Of a DNA stretch of 34,157 nt, positions 11,177 through 23,212 are shown piece by piece. The notes under the pieces are model-generated. The model ran no database searches, had not been told where the DNA came from, and saw only the letters and a program-made list of their open reading frames with translations. The stretch is taken from contig NC_068981.1 of NCBI RefSeq assembly GCF_001194135.2, positions 171,446,587 to 171,480,743 on the forward strand, read 5' to 3'. The stretch's first letter is position 1, and each line of letters begins with the position of its first letter. The translations under genes were made by a program, and so were the position numbers. This stretch comes from Octopus bimaculoides (taxonomy: Eukaryota).

Positions 11177-12218
11177 NNNNNNNNNNNNNNNNNNNNNNNN
11201 NNNNNNNNNNNNNNNNNNNNNNNNNNNNNNNNNNNNNNNNNNNNNNNNNNNNNNNNNNNNNNNNNNNNNNNNNNNNNNNNNNNNNNNNNNNNNNNNNNNN
11301 NNNNNNNNNNNNNNNNNNNNNNNNNNNNNNNNNNNNNNNNNNNNNNNNNNNNNNNNNNNNNNNNNNNNNNNNNNNNNNNNNNNNNNNNNNNNNNNNNNNN
11401 NNNNNNNNNNNNNNNNNNNNNNNNNNNNNNNNNNNNNNNNNNNNNNNNNNNNNNNNNNNNNNNNNNNNNNNNNNNNNNNNNNNNNNNNNNNNNNNNNNNN
11501 NNNNNNNNNNNNNNNNNNNNNNNNNNNNNNNNNNNNNNNNATATATATATCAGATTATACATGGATACATATTTACATATATTATCTGATTTAAGCATAA
11601 GTCGATGTACAGAAAGTGATAACAAAAATGTAATGGAAAACGTTTTAGCAAATTCTGTAATTTTTATTAATTACAATAATTATAGTACATAAAATATACT
11701 AGATACCAATCAAATTTTCAATATATGCTTATTCGTTCCACAAAACTAGCTTACAAACTTTTGGAAGGAAATGATACACTTCGAGAGATGAAGCGACTGG
11801 CAGATGTTGCTAACAATAGCTTGCTCACTACAGGAAAGACCGTGATAATATGCGTTTCGTAGGAGTGACATAGAAGTAAATAACACCAAAACAATTTTAT
11901 ATTACATCATTTTACACCATATTACATTATCATGCGCCACAAAGAACGAGGAAACATGTACGTAGTTTCACTACGAGGATTGATTGCTTTCATAAACATA
12001 TCCATGTGACGGTGTATACATATGTATGGAATGTGTGTGAGTGTAACAATAACAATAATCTTTGGGTGCAATTTATAAACATTTATATCGGTACCGCTCT
12101 ATGCAACTCCAAGAGACTGGTACACCAGTCAGCATCATTGGCTTGTGGCTGGCATAATGGAATAAGAGTTTTATTTGAATATTCAAAGCGTTTCCCGAAA
12201 ACAAATTTATATACAAAC

Positions 12219-12257
12219 ATATACACACACACACACATACACACACACATACACATA

Positions 12258-12309
<52 letters not shown>
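12219..12309. repeat. (CA)n/(TA)n before gap
   Basis: Direct inspection. Confidence 0.95.
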
Positions 12310-13973
12310 NNNNNNNNNNNNNNNNNNNNNNNNNNNNNNNNNNNNNNNNNNNNNNNNNNNNNNNNNNNNNNNNNNNNNNNNNNNNNNNNNNNNNNNNNNN
12401 NNNNNNNNNNNNNNNNNNNNNNNNNNNNNNNNNNNNNNNNNNNNNNNNNNNNNNNNNNNNNNNNNNNNNNNNNNNNNNNNNNNNNNNNNNNNNNNNNNNN
12501 NNNNNNNNNNNNNNNNNNNNNNNNNNNNNNNNNNNNNNNNNNNNNNNNNNNNNNNNNNNNNNNNNNNNNNNNNNNNNNNNNNNNNNNNNNNNNNNNNNNN
12601 NNNNNNNNNNNNNNNNNNNNNNNNNNNNNNNNNNNNNNNNNNNNNNNNNNNNNNNNNNNNNNNNNNNNNNNNNNNNNNNNNNNNNNNNNNNNNNNNNNNN
12701 NCATATGTACGTATGATCACATATAGCAGTGTAAATATATAAACATACATATCTATACACCGAGAGAACGAAAGAGAGGGGGAGTATTGGAAACTCAGAG
12801 GGTGGGTACTTGGCAGATAGGTGGTAGACAGATAGGTAAGCAGACTGATATCGAAAAATCACTATGTCTTCAAAAACTAAAGGAGGATTTATATTTTCTT
12901 ACTGAAAACGACAACACACTGATAAATCTTTTCTTTTATATTATTATAAGAAATTCTGTCTTACACAAAATATCCAAAAAAATAATAGTCAACTGTTATA
13001 AATCTCGACTTGATTCAAAAGAACATTGCAGCAAAGTGAAGAATATTCTTTTTTTTTTTTTAACAAATTTCAAAACCAGATTACATAAAGGTGTCACCAG
13101 CTGAGAAAATTCTTACAAATGAACAGCTCCAACTAATGCTAGCATCATAATTTCCCGACATGGAATAAAAGCTCACCTGCATATTGAGTAACATAAATTC
13201 ATCTATGTATCACATAAATATCAACAGCGTGCGTGGGTCTATTCAAATACATATGTAAAATATATAACCTCAGATATTTTCATTTATATAGTCTTATTTA
13301 TATAATCGCAAATATTATTTAAAATAGGGTTGTGGCATTATTAAACATCTATATTCAACCAATATTAAATCATATCAAGCAAAAATGGAGGTGTGTAGGC
13401 GATATTATCGACACTTGTACTCGGCACAGGCAAAGGTGAGTGATTAATATCTTCACTGTGCAAACACGTAGTTTCGTGGTCAATCACATTTTGCTATATT
13501 TCCAGACCTTCAGTTGTAGCCACATGATATCCATACATAATGTATATTCTGCTGTAACTTTTAGTGGACATATGGTAAAAGGGAAACTGCGTAAAAACTA
13601 TCTTATTTATAAATGGCTTTAATGATACAAATATTTCTCTTATTTATTAACCATGAATCTTCAAAGTAACTCAAAGGATCAGTTTCGTACGAAAGAATTT
13701 ATGAAACTTGTACGAAATTTTACTTCATTAAGTCAATTATATCACTTCACAGTTAATAGGTAAATATATATGATAATTTTTAGATATTTATCATATAAAT
13801 GTTGGAAAATGTTCAATGCAGGTGAAAAAATATGAAAATATGTAAGATGACATCAGTAAAAGGAAACAAGTAGAAACTGTATTGCTTATTATATATAGAT
13901 TCTTTAATGATCCTATAAAATTTCGGGATAGATTCCCCTTTTCAAATAGGGGAGAGAAATAATTAAAGATCTT

Positions 13974-14050
13974 CACTCACAAGACTATAGTTAAAAAGGC
14001 TTTCTCAAGGTGCTGCGTAGTGGGGCTGGAGATGCAGAACGTGAGAGATT
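13974..14050 (-). mobile_element. Degenerate fragment of SINE family 'C'
   Basis: CACTCACAAG..CTATAGT..CTCAAGGTGCTGCGTAGTGGGGCTG parallels CACTCACAAGG...CTATAGTAGAAG...CCCAAGGTGCCACACAGTGAGACCTG at 29719-29790. Confidence 0.4.
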
Positions 14051-14233
14051 GGCAGACAGGTAGACAGTCAGGTAAGTAGATAGGCATCGAAAATTCACAA
14101 TGTCTTCAAAAAGCTACAAGGGGATTTATATATGTATGTATATATANNNNNNNNNNNNNNNNNNNNNNNNNNNNNNNNNNNNNNNNNNNNNNNNNNNNNN
14201 NNNNNNNNNNNNNNNNNNNNNNNNNNNNNNNNN

Positions 14234-14306
<73 letters not shown>

Positions 14307-14318
14307 CTATGTATGTAT
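14234..14318. repeat. (TG)n microsatellite
   Basis: Direct inspection. Confidence 0.95.
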
Positions 14319-15039
14319 GTCTGGAAAAGACAACCGAAAAACAGGTGGCACTTTCGATTACCCTGCATGGCACTTGTTCACCCAGAGTCTCTCCGGTCTC
14401 TCTATTCATTCTCTCCGTCAGAAATGTAATGAAACAATAATAGACTCGTTGAAAACCTATAACAAAGAACGGCGCCCTTGTTAAGATATAACTCATGGTG
14501 GAATTTGAAATCAAAATGTAAAAAGTTACAAAATATTTTAATCGGCATTATTCTCAGATGTATATTACATATATTTGTGAATGCTGAAATAAAAATATAT
14601 ATATAAAGAAATTATGATATAATTTATGTAGCACAGAAGTCATCAAAAATGCATTACGGTGTCTGAAACCATTAATGGACAACAAAATCATAAGAAGAAA
14701 ACATCAAGATAACAAAACAAACGGAATTCAACTTCTAGAAAGAGTGAGAAATGCGAGTAACAAAATCGGTGAAAAATGCAATTAAAGGCCTAATAGTTCT
14801 ATCATTTCCATTGACATTTTCTGGGAAATGGTCATAAATCACAGTCTGTGAAAGTGACGCTGCTAGAGTAACACAATATAAGTTAGATTTTCTGATGTTG
14901 CTGCTGTTTTGTTGTTGGTGATGGTAGTATACTTCTCTTTGGTACATGTTTCTTCTTTCTCAGAGTTATTTATGTAAGACTACCTCATCAAATGTTAGCT
15001 TCATATTCTAAGATGCTAAAGTGTGATTTGGGAAATATA

Positions 15040-16000
15040 TGTCAGCTATTTCTAGCAGCTCGAGTGACCCTTGATCTGTTTGGTATCCGATAATATTAAG
15101 TGACATCTTCTGCTTATGCAGACATAGATCTCCAGCATCTACACACGGAATGATTCTGGAATCTCTAGTTCCCACAATAGTCGTTCAAAAGTATATAGAA
15201 AAGAGACAAGAGGGAACAAATCTGAAGGACCGAACGCGTGATACTATATGAATGCAGTTGGTGCTCAATCCCTCTAACTACTTCCGGATATCATTGTACA
15301 CTGCGACGATTCAGCCCCTAAAGATGGGAGTGAAAAGGACTGCTGTGATGATCGGCCACATCGAAATATTTCTATTGATCAAATTGATCAGATCCCTACC
15401 GATGTCTCTCTATGATGTATAGATTGAAGTGGAAGCTGCTGTGGATAGATCTGTTCGAGATGGTACATGTTTGTTCATCACTATTCGGGCTATCGAAGAC
15501 AAGCGACAATTGCTTAACTTAACACCTTCACCAAATATCTTTAATTTACGTTTGCAAAGTTACGGGCCAAAATTTATCAATGTCGTCTCCCATGTTCAGG
15601 TTCTTTTTCAGTAGCGCTACCGCATTTCTAGTCAAATAATTGGGGTCCGCACGCTTTGTTGCCAATCGTAGCAGATGTCTGCCAAGACGCTGTCAAGCAA
15701 CTCTAGCATATAAATGGGAAGCTCGTAGAGGAGACCATGAAAACCAGGCAATTTTCCCTTTGTGCATCTAGCCAAGCTTCCCGTATTTCAGTCATTGGCA
15801 TCGCCTTTTCGCAACACTCAGTCTCCGCTTCGAGAGTCACAGATGGCTGTTGAAGTAGTCTATTCTGAATCTCTCTCGTCTCTTGCCCAGAACAGTTGAG
15901 CAAAATGTCGCTGGAAAGCTCCACATATCTGCCAGGGATCGTTTGTGGTTGACGATTGCCCTTATCTGCTCTATGTAAGCTTTGCACTCAGATTTCAATA
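15040..16000 (-). mobile_element. Decayed L1/Tx1-clade LINE reverse-transcriptase remnant
   Basis: Ordered minus-strand motifs: CEKAMPMTEIREA, GKLPGFHGLLYEL (KSPGxDG), ALLKK...DKFWPVTL, LINL-DQ*KYFDVADH (LDQxKAFDRVDH), RSVLQICSLL (RSVRQGCPLS), SA*AEDVT (YADD; about 15099-15122). Many stops and frameshifts. Confidence 0.85.
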
Positions 16001-16280
16001 ATTGGGAACTTGCCATTAAGGTCTATCTAGGTTAAGTGTATACCTCACAAACGTGTTGTCTGCGTAGGCGACAACAGTCGTACCACATAATATTTACACC
16101 TTCCATTATCCTGTCGAAAATTTCAACACTTTGATTTAATTTTGCTTTCTAAAGCTTAAGTCTCAACAAATCAACCGAAGGGTAAAAACGAAGCCTAGCT
16201 GATCCCGGTCAGATTAGCAACAAAGAACAAAGTTTGAAACGTATTTTAAAACACAATAAAGCTTACAAGTGATCTAATAG

Positions 16281-16330
16281 TAATAATAATAATGATAATA
16301 ATATTAATAATAATAATAATAATAATAATG

Positions 16331-16402
<72 letters not shown>
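16281..16402. repeat. (TAA)n trinucleotide microsatellite
   Basis: Direct inspection; about 40 units with two interruptions. Confidence 0.97.
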
Positions 16403-16403
16403 T

Positions 16404-16497
16404 CTGGAGATAGAGATAACTCGAATGTGGAGCCTAACGACAGAAACAGTTCCTATCATAATAGGCGCATTAGGTATAATAAAAGCACATTCATAAA
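16404..16497 (+). mobile_element. R4/Dong-like (REL endonuclease) non-LTR fragment
   Basis: LEIEITRMWSLTTETVPIIIGALGIIK, directly downstream of (TAA)n and paralogous to 16728-16812. Confidence 0.75.
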
Positions 16498-16727
16498 CAT
16501 GTCTCTGGTTGCAGGCTTAGCTGGGTAGAGCTGCTTGTCTCCCCCTTGTAAACATAAGGATACAGGAAATGTGCCAAGGCCGACAGGAAGTGGTGCAGCT
16601 TCCTAGATCTAACCAACAGTAGTATTATTCCCTTCAGGGGACTGTTACATTAAGTTGACAGCATACAACTACTTCATCGTATCCCTACTGCATAAATCTT
16701 TCTGAGAGATTTAGAAATGTATTATTT

Positions 16728-17040
16728 CTAAAAATGGAAATAGACGTAACTCGAATCTGGAATCTAAAAACAGAAACAATTCCTATCTTAGTGGGCGCAT
16801 TAGGTATGATAAAAATATTCAGACAAATACATAACAAAAACACCAGGACTAAGAAATATATATAACATACAGAAACTAGCACTACTAGGCACCGCATACA
16901 TCCTATGTAAAACACTTTCAATACAGTAACCATAAGAGCATCACAGCGAACCACAGCACATACCCAAGACACACAGAACTGCGCTCGATAGTGCAGTGAA
17001 ACACGTTATAAAAATAAGAATACTAAAAAATAATAATAAT
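16728..17040 (+). mobile_element. R4/Dong-like non-LTR 3' end with stop, short 3' UTR and TAA tail
   Basis: LKMEIDVTRIWNLKTETIPILVGALGMIK, a frameshift, then YSDKYITKTPGLRNIYNIQKLALLGTAYILCKTLSIQ* (stop 16927-16929). It ends in TAATAATAAT. Confidence 0.8.
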
Positions 17041-17252
17041 TGCCTTGATGCAATACTGGACAATGTCTCTCATGGCTTCTGATTTTAACTGATTGGAAGT
17101 GTTATCACGTAGATGCTTTACCTTGGTGTAAAAGACATGCTACCTTAAATATTCTGCTCAATGCCACAGATTTGCTTGTCAGTTCCTTGACCTTAACCAG
17201 TTGGACATGTTCCTTATGGCGGATGATATATGCATATCTGATCACAAGCAAA
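17041..17252 (-). mobile_element. Dispersed SINE-like repeat (family 'D')
   Basis: I recognise TGCCTTGATGCA...CTCTCATGGCTTCTGAT...GATTTGCTTGTCAGTT...GACCTTAACCAGTTG from memory as an abundant octopus repeat. It abuts an (ATT)n tail on the minus strand. There is no second copy in the window to confirm it. Confidence 0.45.
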
Positions 17253-17392
17253 GTAGTATTTATTTTATAGACCTCAAAAGGACGAAAGGCAAAGTCAACC
17301 CTGGTGGCGTTTGAACTCAGAACGTAATGACGGACGAAATACCACTAAGTATTTCTCCCGGGGTGCTAACGATTCTGCCAGCACAACGCCTT
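17253..17392 (-). mobile_element. SINE family 'A' (head and central domain)
   Basis: The reverse complement has head GGCGTTGTGCTGGCAGAATCGTTAGCACC, B-box-like GAGTTCAAAC and GTTGACTTTGCCTTTCGTCCTTTT. Confidence 0.85.
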
Positions 17393-17416
17393 TTGCTGCC
17401 TTGATAATAATGAGGA

Positions 17417-17518
17417 GAAGAAGAAGAAGAAGAAGAAGAAGAAGAAGAAGAAGAAGAAGAAGAAGAAGAAGAAGAAGAAGAAGAAGAACCATTGTTGTTG
17501 TTGTTGTTGTTGTTGTTG
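17417..17518. repeat. (GAA)24 followed by (TTG)9
   Basis: Direct inspection: 17417-17488 and 17492-17518. Confidence 0.97.
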
Positions 17519-17580
17519 GCGGCAGCGGCAACTCTCGAGCAGAATGATTAATTTTGATATATTTAAATTACGGACAGATT

Positions 17581-17870
17581 TTATTCACTATCACTGTTAT
17601 CTTCGACTCTTTGCATTTCATCTTCACTGCTATCGTCTTGGAAACCTCCAAATTCTTCTACTTCCTGGTAATCAACGTCTTCATAAATCATGTCACCTAA
17701 ATCATTGCTAATACCAACCAAACTCTTTGAATGCTTTGACGACAAACCTTTTCTTTCTCTGTGTCTCATGATGTTTGACCTACTGACACACTTTTGCAAT
17801 ACCATGTCTATTCCTACATCCAGTAGTAGTTAGATATCAATACTGAGTTCATTCACGTATTTACTCCATT
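17581..17870 (-). mobile_element. pogo/Tigger-like (DDE_1) transposase C-terminal remnant
   Basis: Minus strand LTTTG..RHGIAKVCQ*V...FVVKAFK, a frameshift, then GISNDLGDMIYED...EEFGGF. This matches the pogo C-terminal pattern (LTPxG..RP....CxWV...VKSFKKCGISN.LDG.EDD plus an acidic tail). Confidence 0.6.
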
Positions 17871-18624
17871 ACTTATGTATAGAGACTTTGAAAGGTTTAT
17901 TTTTGAAAACATCTAAACACTGTAATTATTTTCAGCTACCTCTTCTAAATGTATTCGTTATTGTTGTTTATAAAATATTCAACACGTTTCCTGGAAACAA
18001 ATTTACACACACACACGTGTATATATGTATGTATATATATGTATGTGTATNNNNNNNNNNNNNNNNNNNNNNNNNNNNNNNNNNNNNNNNNNNNNNNNNN
18101 NNNNNNNNNNNNNNNNNNNNNNNNNNNNNNNNNNNNNNNNNNNNNNNNNNNNNNNNNNNNNNNNNNNNNNNNNNNNNNNNNNNNNNNNNNNNNNNNNNNN
18201 NNNNNNNNNNNNNNNNNNNNNNNNNNNNNNNNNNNNNNNNNNNNNNNNNNNNNNNNNNNNNNNNNNNNNNNNNNNNNNNNNNNNNNNNNNNNNNNNNNNN
18301 NNNNNNNNNNNNNNNNNNNNNNNNNNNNNNNNNNNNNNNNNNNNNNNNNNNNNNNNNNNNNNNNNNNNNNNNNNNNNNNNNNNNNNNNNNNNNNNNNNNN
18401 NNNNNNNNNNNNNNNNNNNNNNNNNNNNNNNNNNNNNNNNNNNNNNNTAATAGTCAACTGTTATAAATCTCTTTTTTTTTTCTTTTTTTTAACAAATTTC
18501 GGTAGCTGCAATTTTGCTGTTTCTACAAAATAAATAGTAAAGGCATCAAATACTATTAAGGATAACTTTTTTTACCATGAAGTTTTTTACCATGATTTGC
18601 CTAAATCTTTTCGATTCAAAACTA

Positions 18625-18807
18625 TTAGGTTAGTGTATAATTATTGCGGCTTTTTTTTTCAATAAATTTTATCCAACAAAAAATTTTAACAAAACACCAG
18701 GCAGAAATTGAAGTAGATGGTGAATATGCTCCAGAATAATCATTTAAAGATATTTTTGTTGAATAAAATTTATTGAAAAAAGCCGCAGTAATTATGCACC
18801 AACCTAA
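18625..18807 (+). mobile_element. Mariner-derived MITE, 183 bp, TA target-site duplication
   Basis: Ends TTAGGTTAGTGTATAATTATTGCGGC and GCCGCAGTAATTATGCACCAACCTAA are inverted over about 58 bp, with TA at 18623-24 and 18808-09. The interior encodes ...EIEVDGEYAPE*, like a mariner C-terminus. Confidence 0.88.
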
Positions 18808-19429
18808 TACATTCGTTATACTTTAATGTAACAACTCTAGGTATTTCCTCTAATCCCACCTGCAGTGTTTGCAAGAACAATCGCGTAGCCGTTTATTTAC
18901 ATTGCCCTGATGTGCAGTTGGTCGTTATAGTTTAGATTCTTACTATCTACAATTCCTTTTATCACAGCTCAAATGAATAAGATTACTTGAAGCGTACTGG
19001 TGTATATTAGTTTAATGTTTACATATAGATAAATATAATTATAGTCTTTCTTCATACGGATATATCTTAATTTACGAGCAAAATTATCTGGAAGATAATT
19101 GTTTATTTTAGGAAAATAACTTTACTCAAAATATGACACATATAATGTGATTTAAATTGCTTTTTAGGAAAAACATTCACGTGGTATTCTCTGACAATTA
19201 CGGGAAATATATCACAATATGAAAATAATGAGCTACTTCGAAGTTTCACTAATGTCTATGGCTCACTATGGATTCCTAGGATCTTCTGACATAACCGATC
19301 ATTTCATATTAGAAATTATCAATGCTGGAATGTGAAATGATAAATCTATAGGAAAACCTGGATTTTATTATTTAATACACTTGGTGAAACTCTGAGATGG
19401 TCCATTATTTCCATCTTGTGCTGTATTAA

Positions 19430-19435
<6 letters not shown>

Positions 19436-19478
<43 letters not shown>
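19436..19478. repeat. (TG)n microsatellite
   Basis: Direct inspection. Confidence 0.95.
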
Positions 19479-19482
<4 letters not shown>

Positions 19483-21677
19483 CAAATGCGGTAAAAATCA
19501 CTGAATAGATGCGGTAAGCGTTTATTTATTCGTCCAAATTTGATGATTCACTTCGTCGCTCCTCAAGATTTTTTGCCATTTATAACACATACGGTAAAAG
19601 AACATATCGCCTGAAGAATCGCAAATGGTGAGAAGTTCTGAGTAGCGGCGGAGTGATTCATCAGCTCGAAATGAATATAACAATTACATTGTGAAAGAGT
19701 CGCTTTCATTTTATTTCGTTTACATGTCAGTTACATCTGTAAAGTTATTATTTTGTGATGCATGCCTTTGAGCAGCTGTCTTTCGAAAAGAAACTGCAAT
19801 GTGAGACTTTGAATTCTTTAAATGTATTCCATGTATTCCATTGTCCATCTTCATTATACATGCTTGTATTTATATGTGAGAATGTTTTGTTACATTTTTT
19901 TTTCAACATAGATTCTGTTGTTGAGTTCAGATTCAATTTCCTTTTACTGGGTTTTTTTGTTATCGTTTTTTTCTTTCTTTCAGCCTACTTTTCTCCTTTT
20001 TCTATTCCCAATGCTTTCCTGATTTATTTATTTATTTATCATCACTATTATATATTTCCCTTGTGGAGAGATTGTATATACATGAAAATTGCTGGAGTCG
20101 TTATTCGTTATGCATTCATGTCTCAAAGTATGTTTATAATATCTGCCAATAATATGCTTTATATTACATCATAAAGCTAATTATGTATATTTATAGCTTA
20201 TATTATAGTGTGTTGTTTTTGTAAAGGAGATGACATGCTAGTTGTTTACTTTTACTGAAAAGTTTAGAAACTACAAAAATTACATAAATATAAAATAATA
20301 AACAATTAAACCAAGGTGAGCGGCATGAGTACGACTCAAGTGTGGTGCAATTATTCTGTCTTATTCAGGGTTATATTTACAATTAGGTACATACACTAAT
20401 TGTATGCTAATTTCCTTGCCTATCTTAGCAACGCATCATAAAGAAATTTTGTTGTGATTTTTATACTAAGTCTAACAATTAAACCATCATGTTTATCAAA
20501 TGCAAACCCGAAAACAATGTGAAAAATATTTTCCTTTCGGTTTATCTGTTCCAATACATGTTCAGCGTTTTATCTATACTCACACCTGTTTCTTTTATAG
20601 AGGAATCGATGAGCAGAGCAATGGATTTTTGACACATTTTATACAGTATGTTATGTTTCTTAATGCATAATTCATGTGTGGGCTTGTAATATGCGTCTTG
20701 TAATTCTCCTTTCATGTTCATCTGTGACAGGAATAAGACTTGCAGACGATAGATCAATGGAGCTACCTGTTTCTCTTAATAACTTTAATGCTGAAATCAT
20801 TTTTTCGAGCTATTTACTGTTAGCTATTTTACTTCTATTTTACTTATTTCATTTCTGAAATCTACGAACAAAAATATTTAATAGGGACAGAAGCAGTATT
20901 AATACCAAAAGTTAATATTTATTCCCACTTAAAAGTGGGGACAACTGACGTACCACTGGATTTAGACGAAATTATTATTCTAAAATTTCTCCTCACCATT
21001 CATTAAATACAAAAAGTTTATAATGTATTTATTTTATTGCATAAAATATACTTTAGTACAATAGGATGCCTATGGTGTTGTTCCTAATGATGAAGGAAAT
21101 ACTACTTTTGATATGAAAAGCAATTAGATGAGTCTAATTGCTACACAGGTAACCCTTTTCCAACACTCACATAACTTCCATGTCAGCTAAATTCTTGTCG
21201 AATACGTCTTTAATTTCTATGCCCTCTAACAAAAATGACTGTTTACCAATACATCAAGCTTTTCCTAAAACGGGATGACATAAAACATTGTCAAATTTAG
21301 CCCGAAAATGTATCGCTACGTATTGTTCTTTGTATTTATATATTTATCAAATATATGTTGGACTATGTTTGCGTTCTTATCAGTGTGCATGTGTATATGT
21401 ATATGCATCAGAAATAATATTTGGGTATATTTAAAGTTTATCATAACAAGAGCTATACGAAGTTAATTCATTTATACCAAAGTATGTGTGAGTATATGTA
21501 TGTAAATATTTTATCCGACTGTTTCTTTTCTGCTCCCCTTCTCTCTTAACTTTCTCTGTCATATGCCCTTTTGTAATAGTCTGCCCTTTCTCCTCACCTA
21601 CTCCCTCACAACACTTAACTGTCACTGTAAATCTCATTTTTCTATCTATCTGTCTAGTGTTGTAAGTATATTTACAT

Positions 21678-21787
<110 letters not shown>

Positions 21788-22981
21788 ATCATCCGAATCT
21801 AGCTAACGTCACTTTTTCTCTCTTTTACCAGCAGTTTTTTTTTTTTGCTATATTATTTTATCCTTATTTCTCTCTGTCCATTTTAAAAGTCCAATGTTTT
21901 CAATATAGATTATTTTCAATCATAATACAGACAAACTTTAAAGTGCTTAAAACAAACACAAACAATAACAAAACCAACAACAACAACAACATTGTAAATG
22001 TTTTGCTAAATGTTTTGTTAAATGTTAGCCTGAAGTGTTCTATTTGACGAGGAACTTTGCAATAAAATTGAGAATACGGTAAATTTTTATTACTTTTGCT
22101 TGAAAGAACCGCTTATAAAATGATCATGAAAAATTAAAAATTGAAAATTAAAGAACAACGAAAAGCAAATCAGTTTAGTAATATAATATTGTCTTCCATT
22201 TTGGAGGAAATATTCGAATAGAAAATATATTTTAGCTCATACGATTTTAAAAGATGATAAATTCATTAACGAAATAAGCAATTTTAGAAAGAAGTGGGGA
22301 AGCATTGTTTAGGTTTGGTCCGGTTTGGGATTTGATTTCGTTTTTGTGTGTTGTGTTTTATTTTGTGTTATTTTCGATTCTTTCGATTAATTTTTTACTT
22401 GATTTTCTTTTTTGTTTGTTTTTATTGTTATTGTTTATTTTAATAAACAACGTATGTTATAAGATTGTTTTCCTATAACATTTTGAGTAATCAGAATGGC
22501 TGAGAGGATAAACGGAAAAGGAAAACATCTCGATGGCATTGTCGAAAATGTATATCTTGCCACTGGCCTTGTTTATACTAATGCTCCTTTTTACTTCCTT
22601 TCCTTTTCTTTACTCAAGAAATAAAATGATAAAATTATAAAGTCAAACTTATTTGACTGGTTGCAAGTATACTTATGACAACTCCTCTCGTTTCGTATCC
22701 TCCACAGATTTTTTGCTTATGCTTACAGCAGTGAACTGCATATCAACTACGAGACAATGGAGGAGCCTTTACATGGTAGCTCCTATTTAATATATGAGAA
22801 AGAAAAAAACCAAATATATTAGTAGTTAGTAGAGTCTGGAACGTTGTCTTCCTTGAGATTGGTACATTAAGAATAGTATTTCCATAGATTGCAGAAAGAT
22901 TGAAACTTTTCATAAATAATAAAAGGATCTCTATTCCACTGGGCAGAACGGTAGAACCAGCTTCTTTATTTAGTTATAACG

Positions 22982-23212
22982 CAGTGGTTTCCAACGCGGA
23001 AGTAATTGAATGTGTAGGGAGATTTTAGTTTTAAGTTTACTGATATTTACTATAGGCACAATAAGGGTATTGCGAACATTCTTCGTCTCCTTTATGTCTT
23101 TTCGTCACGCAAAAAAAGAAACAATTGACTTATGAAATCAAATATCATATTTATCTCATAAGTGCCGGGAATGATAACGTGACGAAATGAGTGAAGGGCT
23201 GAAAAATCACAG
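22982..23212. mobile_element. Possible degenerate hAT-type MITE
   Basis: Starts CAGTGGTTTCCAAC (hAT-like terminus) and ends GCTGAAAAATCACAG, a poor inverse match. No matching 8-bp TSD. Confidence 0.3.

Noticed and set aside
13400-13442. Strong donor AAG|GTGAGT
   Set aside because: I found no credible upstream acceptor or recognisable frame.
14010-14071. Possible exon with a perfect CAG|GTAAGT donor
   Set aside because: It overlaps a degenerate SINE fragment and the local duplicated segment, and the acceptor is poor.
21885-22490. Apparent inverted symmetry between an AAC-rich and a TTG-rich tract
   Set aside because: Low-complexity composition explains the match, and there is no long specific pairing.
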